Below are positions 48,615-56,013 of a stretch of 64,000 bases of DNA, piece by piece. Source of the DNA: a virus (lineage: Duplodnaviria; Caudoviricetes); the IMG/VR virus record IMGVR_UViG_3300037247_001786, positions 32,001 to 96,000 of that record; one strand, 5' to 3'. Position 1 is the stretch's first letter. The number at the start of each line of letters is the position of its first letter. The translations under genes and the position numbers were made by a program. The notes below the pieces were generated by a model, which worked only from the letters and a program-made list of their open reading frames with translations, did not search any database and had not been told where the DNA came from.

Positions 48615-49487
48615 ATGGCTTTTGCTAAAAATGGTTTAACAGATCACGATAAAGAAATGATCATCGCTCAGGCACTTCAGACTGACGAGGGCAGAACTGC
48701 TCTTGCACAGGCTATGGTCGAGCCAATCCGTAGAGCTTTGGAATATCAAGCTGTCGGAAGAAAATTGCTTATGGTTGACGAACTACCTCAGGGTGCTTTG
48801 GCAAGATATGAGAGAGACGTTGCTGCTATCGCTTGGGTAGTATCACGTAGAGGTGCTGTACCTGACCAGATTCAGGAAGGCGAAGAAGTACTTGTCCCTA
48901 CTTTCGAAATTGCTGCGAACCCAACAGTTCGTCTTAGCGAAATCAAAGCTCGTAGATTCTACATCGTAGACAGAGCCCAGATCAAAGCTAAGGAAGCTAT
49001 CCAGAAAGAAGAAGATACAAATATATTTAACGCTCTTCTTGCAGCAGTTCCTGCATCTCAGCAAGTTATTAATACAGGAACTCTTCAGGTTCTTGCTATT
49101 AATGAAGCCTTCAAGTTCATCGAACAGCATGACCTTGTAGCTGCTAAGATCGTTACGCATGCTTTCCAGTATGCTTCAATCAGAACATTCGGTAAGGATT
49201 TCTTCGACGAGGCAACTCAGAGAGAAATTATCACAACTGGGCTTTATGGTCACCTTTGGACTGCTGATATTCATATCAGTTCCAGAATGCCAAGCACAGA
49301 TGTTCTTATCGTTGCTTCCCCAGAGACAGTTGGAGCTTTCCCTATCCGTCAGGATATCACAGTTCTTCCTGCCGACGATCCTAAGAAATTACGATTAGGT
49401 TGGGTCATCTACGAGGAAGTTGGAATCGTTGTTATAAACGATTACGCCGTAGCGAAGATTGACGTTCAGGACGCAGACGCTAGCTAA
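48615..49487 (+). CDS. major capsid protein (HK97 fold)
   Basis: 290 aa, strong RBS, EPIRRALEYQAVGRKLLMVDELPQG, PTFEIAANP.V, TGLYGHLWTADI, WVIYEEVG; followed by a terminator. Confidence 0.85.
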   Translation: MAFAKNGLTDHDKEMIIAQALQTDEGRTALAQAMVEPIRRALEYQAVGRKLLMVDELPQGALARYERDVAAIAWVVSRRGAVPDQIQEGEEVLVPTFEIAANPTVRLSEIKARRFYIVDRAQIKAKEAIQKEEDTNIFNALLAAVPASQQVINTGTLQVLAINEAFKFIEQHDLVAAKIVTHAFQYASIRTFGKDFFDEATQREIITTGLYGHLWTADIHISSRMPSTDVLIVASPETVGAFPIRQDITVLPADDPKKLRLGWVIYEEVGIVVINDYAVAKIDVQDADAS

Positions 49488-49516
49488 TCGAGAGATTAAC
49501 TAAAAGTAAATTAAAG

Positions 49517-49545
49517 AGCAGGCTCTTCGGGGTCTGCTTTTTTTT
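49517..49545 (+). terminator. intrinsic terminator after MCP
   Basis: AGCAGGCTC-TTCG-GGGTCTGCT-T7. Confidence 0.85.
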
Positions 49546-49630
49546 CGCGTAGAAATAAATATAAGATAGTTTTGTCGATACATATAGAGGAAGCAAAAGA
49601 GTTAATTAAAATTGGAGAATATCTATAGAA

Positions 49631-49813
49631 ATGAGAGAAATAGGGGACTGGATTACTTTAAATCATAAAAAAGAAGATCATCCTATGATCGGAGATGAGA
49701 GTTGGGATCATTATATTAATTGTCAAATAGTTTTTATTGGGATGGATGGGAGATTTAGAGTAAGAAGAAAACATGGATATGAAAGTATCGTAGAAGAGAG
49801 TGAAATTATTTAG
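49631..49813 (+). CDS. small hypothetical protein
   Basis: GGAG RBS; coupled to the next ORF. Confidence 0.5.
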   Translation: MREIGDWITLNHKKEDHPMIGDESWDHYINCQIVFIGMDGRFRVRRKHGYESIVEESEII

Positions 49814-50124
49814 TGATATTTTATCACGGAACAAGTGAAGAAAATTGGAAGAAGATACAAAAAGAGGGAGTTTTGTGGGGGAAACCTTCTTGGAATGAAA
49901 CTTGGGGAGATAGCCAACCTCGTAGATATACTTATCTATCCCCTGAAAAAGAGGTAGCTCAAACTATTAATTCAGAAGTTATTTTAGAAGTAGAATATAG
50001 TCCTGTTGGGGTAGACGGTAAAGGAATAGATAATTATGGGTTTTTCCCTCCTGCTGGACAAACGTGTTGGCAGTTTAGTGTTTTTGTTCCTATAGATATA
50101 AATAAAGTAAAAAGAGTTATTTAA
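49813..50124 (+). CDS. small ADP-ribosyltransferase-like protein
   Basis: FYHGTS...I.KEG...YTYLSPEKEVA......VILEV fits the H-Y-type ART core. Confidence 0.5.
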   Translation: MIFYHGTSEENWKKIQKEGVLWGKPSWNETWGDSQPRRYTYLSPEKEVAQTINSEVILEVEYSPVGVDGKGIDNYGFFPPAGQTCWQFSVFVPIDINKVKRVI

Positions 50125-50132
50125 TTTTTCTC

Positions 50133-50160
50133 TTGAAAGTGATTTTATATATGATACAAT
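50133..50160 (+). promoter_or_regulatory. sigma-70-type (early) promoter for the TerD-like/ncRNA operon
   Basis: TTGAAA-GTGATTttatatatga-TACAAT; spacer identical to that at 15147-15174. Confidence 0.7.
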
Positions 50161-50191
50161 CCCTATGAATAGAAAAGAGAGAAATTAATTT

Positions 50192-52327
50192 GTGAGAGAA
50201 ATTATGTTAGATATAAATACAATTTATTTAAGACGTAAAAACAAAGTTATTGTAGATGCAGGACAAGATACCGCATCCCTACAGTCTTTAGCCACACTAT
50301 TAAAAAATATCGAAAACCTTGGATATACTCTTTCTAATGAGTTATTAGAGAAAGTATCTACTTTACCCTTAATAGGATTAGTAGAGTTCTACTCTCAAAC
50401 AATAGATGATTTAAAAGTTATGGTTGGTGATAATGTCGAACATAAGCCTATGTATCCTAATTTCCCTAAACAAGTTATGGAGATGGATGAGGCTGAACTC
50501 TATTTTAATGCAATGATACATTATTTTGGGAGTTTTATTGGCACCAGACTTATACCTCATTATGAAGTAGAGAAAAGAGAAGAGCTTCAAGATGACATAA
50601 AGTTAAAAGTTATTGAACTTGGAACAAGAGAAGACTTTCAAACTATTTTTACTAATTTAGTATCTTCTAATACTTCCATATCTAGTACTGATAAGGATGA
50701 TATTAATTGGTTTATAAGAGTTCTGGGTGACCCAACTGGTCAGAGAGACCTTTTATCTCCTCTTATGCCTGAGACTATACCTTTGCGTGAGAATGTAGCA
50801 TTGGTAACTGGGCTATTTATAGAGAGGGGATTAACAATTAATGATTCTCTTGCGAAAAATATAAAAACAGCTACAGATGTGTTGCGTATTGCTGTTTATC
50901 TATCTGAGGGAGACATTAGTTTAGCCCAAGTTGCAAAATTTAGAAACTTTAAAAGATATGAAAGGCGTTTAATTTTAGACGCTCTTGAAGGTTGCAAGAA
51001 TATTACAGAAGATATGATAAGGTATAAAGAGAGATGGAAACGTCTTGGAGAGAGACTGCATCCTTTTGAGAATAAAGTGAAATATAGTAACTGTTGCAAA
51101 GCCTTCTCTGTTATCTTTAATAAAGAGCCTTACCAGACTTTCGGTGGAAAGGTAGAAGCTTCTATAGCTACATTTGATATAGAGAGAGCCGCTAATTTGT
51201 TAAAAACTCGTCCAGGAGAATATGCTCGTAGATTAGATAATATGATACGCTTGTCAGATGACCCTAAGAGTATTGTTAAGATATTTAAGGGGATAGCTAA
51301 TAAAGTTTCAACTCCTGTATTATTGCAAGTTAAAACTCACTTCTCTAAGAGACATGAGAGTAATAATGATAAAATTAGGACATTCTTTCCTAAAGGAAAT
51401 GTTGCTAGAATTAAAGTTATTGATAACACTTTACAGAGGATTAATCCTTCTCATTGTAAAAATATAGTATCTATTTGCGAAAATGCTCTTAAAGAAAAAT
51501 TTGCAGAAGAAAAGAGTTTAGGAAAAGTTTATCTTGATAAAAAATTATCTGGATTTAATGTCCCTTTCTCTCAAAGATCAGCTTCTAAAGCTCTTAGAGC
51601 CGTTCCAAGAGGAAGTAAATATGATCTAGCGGAAGGAGATACTGTCCGCTTCTTTATTCATTGGAAAGATATTACAGATGGATATTATGGAAGAGTAGAT
51701 GTTGACCTGAGTGCAATTGGGCTTGATGAAGACCATAAAGAAGTTATGCAGATTAGTTATACTAATTTAAGAGGTATCGGGGGTCATCACAGCGGAGATA
51801 TTACTTCTGCTCCAGATGGTGCGTCTGAATTTATTGATATCTCTATTGAGAAATGCTTAAAGAAAAAAGTTAGATATATAATGATGTCAGTTTTTTCTTT
51901 CACTCATCAGCTATTTACTGATATTCCAGAATGTTTTGCTGGAATTATGATGAGGCAGAAACCTAATAGTGGCGAGATTTTTGACCCTAAAACAGTTGAT
52001 AATAGAATGGACTTAACAGCAGATACGCAGATATGTATTCCTATGATTATTGATTTATTGGAGAGAAAAGTTATCTGGACTGATCTAGGTTTAAGAAGAA
52101 ATTTAGATTGTTATAATAATTTACATGCAAATATGTCGAGTTTACAAGTAACGGCTAAGGCTATGACTGGACTAAATAAGCCAGACCTTTATGACTTATT
52201 TAGAATGCATGCCGAAGCGAGAGGAGAATTCGTTGACAATATTGAAGATGCAGATACTGTATTCTCAATAGAAGAGGGGATAACTCCTTTTGATACTGAC
52301 GTAATTGTATCGGAGTATTTAAAATAA
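50192..52327 (+). CDS. 711-aa protein: long alpha-helical region (possibly ROT/TROVE-like) plus C-terminal TerD-like domain
   Basis: C-terminal RFFIHW...VDVDLSA...HSGDITSAPDGASEFIDI is TerD-like; helical motifs PMYPNFPKQV, TATDVLR, RPGEYARRLD. The TROVE-like call is recollection, not a search result. Confidence 0.65.
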   Translation: MREIMLDINTIYLRRKNKVIVDAGQDTASLQSLATLLKNIENLGYTLSNELLEKVSTLPLIGLVEFYSQTIDDLKVMVGDNVEHKPMYPNFPKQVMEMDEAELYFNAMIHYFGSFIGTRLIPHYEVEKREELQDDIKLKVIELGTREDFQTIFTNLVSSNTSISSTDKDDINWFIRVLGDPTGQRDLLSPLMPETIPLRENVALVTGLFIERGLTINDSLAKNIKTATDVLRIAVYLSEGDISLAQVAKFRNFKRYERRLILDALEGCKNITEDMIRYKERWKRLGERLHPFENKVKYSNCCKAFSVIFNKEPYQTFGGKVEASIATFDIERAANLLKTRPGEYARRLDNMIRLSDDPKSIVKIFKGIANKVSTPVLLQVKTHFSKRHESNNDKIRTFFPKGNVARIKVIDNTLQRINPSHCKNIVSICENALKEKFAEEKSLGKVYLDKKLSGFNVPFSQRSASKALRAVPRGSKYDLAEGDTVRFFIHWKDITDGYYGRVDVDLSAIGLDEDHKEVMQISYTNLRGIGGHHSGDITSAPDGASEFIDISIEKCLKKKVRYIMMSVFSFTHQLFTDIPECFAGIMMRQKPNSGEIFDPKTVDNRMDLTADTQICIPMIIDLLERKVIWTDLGLRRNLDCYNNLHANMSSLQVTAKAMTGLNKPDLYDLFRMHAEARGEFVDNIEDADTVFSIEEGITPFDTDVIVSEYLK

Positions 52328-52332
52328 AAATA

Positions 52333-52442
52333 GGTGGTTGCGGCTTAATCGTAAGAGATACCGTATGGATCCAAACCAGCAAGGGATATAGGCAATAGAG
52401 TTCGCACTCATTGGCCGGGTGCATTCATCCTTGACAACCATT
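52333..52442 (+). ncRNA. candidate ~110-nt multibranch structured RNA
   Basis: Closing stem GGTGGTTG/CAACCATT; internal CGG/CCG arm, TGG-ATCCAAA-CCA hairpin, CAAGG(G)AT/ATCCTTG helix, GGCAAT-a-GAGT-TCGC-ACTC-ATTG(G)CC hairpin; GC-rich in an AT-rich spacer. Confidence 0.55.
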
Positions 52443-52455
52443 TTTGTTCTTTAAA

Positions 52456-52545
52456 ATTAAGGCTATTTAACTTCTTCCTTCTAACTTATGATTAACATCG
52501 GACTAACCGTCCGATTCCTAAAATAGAAGTTAAGCTTTCCTTGAT
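52456..52545 (+). ncRNA. stem-loop RNA unit 1
   Basis: AAGGCTATTTAACTTCT-TCCTTCTAA...TAGAAGTTAAGCTTTCCTT with inner ATCGGAC/GTCCGAT hairpin. Confidence 0.7.
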
Positions 52546-52563
52546 TTATACAAGTGAATATTT

Positions 52564-52646
52564 GAAAGGCTATTTGGTTTCTTCCTTCTAACCCCGTAAC
52601 AGGGGCTTCACCTTTAATGATAAATTAGAAATCAAGCTTTCCTTTC
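52564..52646 (+). ncRNA. stem-loop RNA unit 2
   Basis: GAAAGGCTATTTGGTTTCT-TCCTTCTAA...TAGAAATCAAGCTTTCCTTTC with inner CCCC/GGGG hairpin. Confidence 0.7.
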
Positions 52647-52657
52647 TTTAAAAAATT

Positions 52658-52723
52658 GAAAGGCTATTAAATCTCTTCCTTCTACTATCTTACAATGACC
52701 TTTAGAGATTAAGCTTCCCTTTC
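52658..52723 (+). ncRNA. stem-loop RNA unit 3
   Basis: GAAAGGCTATTAAATCTCT-TCCTTCTA...TAGAGATTAAGCTTCCCTTTC. Confidence 0.7.
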
Positions 52724-52781
52724 TTTTTATAGCTATATGCTATATGGTGGAGTTGAGCTAAATACCATTTTGCTCGGCCCT

Positions 52782-52813
52782 AGAGTAGACTTTTCGGAGT
52801 CTACTCTTTTTTT
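52782..52813 (+). terminator. intrinsic terminator closing the TerD-like/ncRNA operon
   Basis: AGAGTAGACT-TTTCGG-AGTCTACTCT-T6. Confidence 0.88.
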
Positions 52814-52843
52814 GTGCTCATTAATAAATAAAGGATTTGACGA

Positions 52844-52890
52844 TATAAATATATAATATAAATATATAATATAAATATATAATATAAATA
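52844..52890 (+). repeat. 13-nt tandem repeat TATAAATATATAA giving four TATAAATA copies
   Basis: TATAAATA at 52844, 52857, 52870 and 52883. Confidence 0.9.
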
Positions 52891-52907
52891 TTGTTAAGGA
52901 TAATATT

Positions 52908-53087
52908 ATGGAACAAACAAATAAATTTGGGTTAAGTAAAAAAACAAATATAGCAATTGCGTCTATTGCAGGAATCGGAGTTGTTAAAGATGCTCTACCA
53001 GCATTAATTGCAATAGTATTGATAACCTTAGTTGCAATTACATATCAATTTATAATTGATAGATTTAAGAATAAAAGTATCGTATAG
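52908..53087 (+). CDS. 59-aa membrane protein (holin-like size; not in ORF track)
   Basis: AAGGA RBS; MEQTNKFGLSKKTNIAIASIAGIGVVKDALPALIAIVLITLVAITYQFII. Confidence 0.55.
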   Translation: MEQTNKFGLSKKTNIAIASIAGIGVVKDALPALIAIVLITLVAITYQFIIDRFKNKSIV

Positions 53088-53099
53088 GAGTATTAGATA

Positions 53100-53396
53100 A
53101 TGAAAAGATTTGTAATTATAATTTTATTACTGTCACTATTGGCTATTTGTTCCGCAGGTCAGGAAATGATGCTGACGTTTTCAATCCTTGCTGATCCTCA
53201 TTTAAGTAACAAGGCAGACCACGCGGAAAGGCTCGCACGGATTGCGGAGTCACAAGCTGATTCCGATGATCAAGCTGCCCGTGGCGTGCCTGATAAAGAC
53301 GGTGACACCGCTTCAGGGTCCAAGGAAAAGAGTGATTCGAAAGACACAACACAAAATGATGTAGTTACTAATAAACAGAGAGGACCAGCGAAATGA
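53100..53396 (+). CDS. secreted hypothetical protein
   Basis: Signal-peptide-like N-terminus; AGGAG RBS; higher GC. Confidence 0.55.
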   Translation: MKRFVIIILLLSLLAICSAGQEMMLTFSILADPHLSNKADHAERLARIAESQADSDDQAARGVPDKDGDTASGSKEKSDSKDTTQNDVVTNKQRGPAK

Positions 53397-54778
53397 AGAA
53401 ATTAATGATTGTGTTTTTGGTTTTGATGTTAGTGGTTAACTGTTTTGGTGTTCGTAGGGCACTGAGTCTGCCTGATGTTTTAACTTACACTGAGATAGAT
53501 AATTTTGACAGCACGTCGGGGTGGACAACATCGAACTGTAGTATTGCCACTGTGTCCGGCGATGGCGACGTTCTCACGGGAACTGGAAGCATGAAGATGA
53601 CAACTGCTGTCAGTACTAATTCAAATTGTAAGCACACCTTCAGCACCAAAACCCTACCCGCAACCGTAGCACTTCAGTTTAAGATCGATAACCCATCAAA
53701 CGTCAGTTCTATTCAGATATACTTGCATACAGTCACAGGGTATTATAAATTTTTCATGTCAGGTAATGGTAGAGCTAATTATGGGGCCGTGGCGGACAAG
53801 TGGACATATGCCATAGTAAGAGCCGATCAGATGGCACCAATATCAGGCCCACCTGATTGGGGCACAGTTGCCGATCCTACTTTTCCATGTGATGAGATTT
53901 GGCTGCAAATAGTGACAAATTCAGGCGGTGAGGCAAACGTCACCTTTGGGCGATTTACTTCATTTATTGGGCCTGATCCAGTGGCGGTAATCTTCTTTGA
54001 CGATGCGTATGATTCTGTTTATGACAATGCTTTTCCCATATTAAAAGCGGCTGGCGTCAAGGGTGTTGTTGGAGCGATCTCATCTCTTGTTGGCAATGCG
54101 GGTTTCATGACCGTTGCCGAACTATTAGAGGTTCAAGCTGCTGGCTGGGATGTTGTCAATCATACATGGGCCAATACCGACTTTAATGATACCGGCACGC
54201 CAAGTTATCCCTCTTTAATAACTGATGAGAACCTAACATACTATAACTTGCAACAATCAAAGCAATGGATGTTGGACAATGGGCTTATTAGCGGTATAGA
54301 CTTCATGGTATGGCCTCACAACGCTGGAGACACTTCGGCCAGAAGTGCAGGGGACATCTCAGAGCAATTCTGCGTTGCGGCCAGAGGTACAACGAGCAGA
54401 TTATCTATTGGCGACACATGGCACAATGACCAGACATTAAATACTCAGTCATCGTGGATACCAAACGACTGGCAGGGTGTTGCACATAAAAACCTTGGGG
54501 TAACTAATGACGAGGATTGGGACTTAGACACAGATGTAAATGATTTTGTTGATATAACAGAAGCACTAAATATGGTGGCGTGCCTTTATACCCATAGGGT
54601 ACAGGCTGTGCCAACCTCTATAGATGTTACTCCGGAGTATCTAACAGGCCTTATAGAACACTTACAGGCAAATAACTTTAGAATTTTAACTTTTAGCGAA
54701 TGGTATCGGCTAATGAACGGTGAACCTGACAAGGTAGGTACACCTGCAACCGGACAACTTAAGGGAGTATTACAATGA
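53393..54778 (+). CDS. secreted polysaccharide deacetylase (CE4/NodB) with N-terminal carbohydrate-binding-like domain
   Basis: IFFDDAYDSVYDNAFPILK.AG.KG, GWDVVNHTWAN, FMVWPH, CLYTH; signal peptide. Confidence 0.8.
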   Translation: MKKLMIVFLVLMLVVNCFGVRRALSLPDVLTYTEIDNFDSTSGWTTSNCSIATVSGDGDVLTGTGSMKMTTAVSTNSNCKHTFSTKTLPATVALQFKIDNPSNVSSIQIYLHTVTGYYKFFMSGNGRANYGAVADKWTYAIVRADQMAPISGPPDWGTVADPTFPCDEIWLQIVTNSGGEANVTFGRFTSFIGPDPVAVIFFDDAYDSVYDNAFPILKAAGVKGVVGAISSLVGNAGFMTVAELLEVQAAGWDVVNHTWANTDFNDTGTPSYPSLITDENLTYYNLQQSKQWMLDNGLISGIDFMVWPHNAGDTSARSAGDISEQFCVAARGTTSRLSIGDTWHNDQTLNTQSSWIPNDWQGVAHKNLGVTNDEDWDLDTDVNDFVDITEALNMVACLYTHRVQAVPTSIDVTPEYLTGLIEHLQANNFRILTFSEWYRLMNGEPDKVGTPATGQLKGVLQ

Positions 54779-55323
54779 AAAAACTAATTTTTTTAAGTCT
54801 TATTTTACTTATGACAGTGACGGCTCATGCCTTTCGTATTTCTGAGGATGATTTGAATCGACATATCGCTTTTGTGGCAGTTGATTCAACAGATTTTCAA
54901 ACTCGAGAAACAGGAATATCAAGTACAGCGTTCACCGTTTATTGGATTTTGAACGACGAGGCAGATGGATCAGGAAATCTTATGGCTTCTCCGGTTTGTA
55001 TAGAGGCCGATGCTACAAACATGCCCGGTATCTATATGCTTGATATTGATGAAGCTGGAATGACCAATTTGGCGGCAAGCATTGATACCGAAGAACTTGT
55101 ATTGCATATCACTCATGCCGCGATGGCTCCAGTTACAAGAGTGATCGAAATATACAGACCAAAGATAACGGAGGGTAATACTTTGGACGTAGACACCTCC
55201 GGTGATGCTGATGCAACCATTGTTGCGGATGGTTTAGATGCCATAGACACTACCCCTGGTTCGGGAAATCCTTCTGGATTTTCGTGGAGAGAGATGTTAA
55301 TTAGATTATTTAATTTAAGATAA
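54775..55323 (+). CDS. signal-peptide-bearing putative virion/surface protein
   Basis: DATNMPGIYML beta pattern; C-terminal DGLDAIDTTPG...FSWREM motif. Confidence 0.55.
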   Translation: MKKLIFLSLILLMTVTAHAFRISEDDLNRHIAFVAVDSTDFQTRETGISSTAFTVYWILNDEADGSGNLMASPVCIEADATNMPGIYMLDIDEAGMTNLAASIDTEELVLHITHAAMAPVTRVIEIYRPKITEGNTLDVDTSGDADATIVADGLDAIDTTPGSGNPSGFSWREMLIRLFNLR

Positions 55324-55362
55324 TAAAAATATTATTCATATAACTAATCCAAGGATATATTT

Positions 55363-56013
55363 ATGGCGATAAGAAAAATAGTAGACGATGCTCCATTTGA
55401 TGGTATTAATGTGGATATATACAATGGGGGAGGAGATCCTGTATCTATTTATACATATTCTTTTGAAGAAGATGGAATTTTTATTATACAATCTCAATAC
55501 GGAACGGACACAGCAACGGCGGGAGATAGATTACATTCAGATACAGCTATCATCTCTTTTGAATTAGGTTTTGATTTAAGTAATGAGGTTACTCCTGGAC
55601 AATTATATTTTGAAAAAAGAGACACTAGTTCTCATCATTCAACATCAATACAAACGTTTACTACGAAACCTATTTTTATAGCTTCAGGAACAGATATAGA
55701 GATATGGGGATCTAGCAATAATTCTAATGATACAGTAATAGAAGGAATAGTTAATATAATTGATGCAGCGGCAACAAATCTTACTCCAACTGGTTTAGAT
55801 AACATACTTACTACAGAGCCTGATGGAGTGGCTTCTGACTTTAGAGAAATGATGGTTCAGATATGGAGAAGATTCTTTAAGAAGACCACTAAAGATACGG
55901 GTAATAAAAAGATTAAAACCTATACTGATGGCGATGCAGTTAATACAACTCAAGACTATACGATAATAGCTGATGTTGACACAATCGAAGACGCTGCGAC
56001 TGGCGATGTTTAA
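55363..56013 (+). CDS. putative virion structural protein
   Basis: C-terminal TGLDNILTTEPDGVASDFREMM resembles the end of the previous gene. Confidence 0.6.
   Translation: MAIRKIVDDAPFDGINVDIYNGGGDPVSIYTYSFEEDGIFIIQSQYGTDTATAGDRLHSDTAIISFELGFDLSNEVTPGQLYFEKRDTSSHHSTSIQTFTTKPIFIASGTDIEIWGSSNNSNDTVIEGIVNIIDAAATNLTPTGLDNILTTEPDGVASDFREMMVQIWRRFFKKTTKDTGNKKIKTYTDGDAVNTTQDYTIIADVDTIEDAATGDV

Noticed and set aside
52333-52442. Canonical tRNA-Trp, tRNA-Sec or 5S rRNA
   Set aside because: A CCA-containing 7-nt loop and a TTCG hairpin exist, but arm order, lengths and the 25 nt after the T-like loop do not fit a cloverleaf or the 5S consensus.
52456-52723. CRISPR mini-array interpretation of the three repeated units
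   Set aside because: Conserved sequence lies in two arms that pair with covarying bases around a variable interior, repeats are not identical, and no cas genes are in the window; this fits structured RNAs, not repeat-spacer units.
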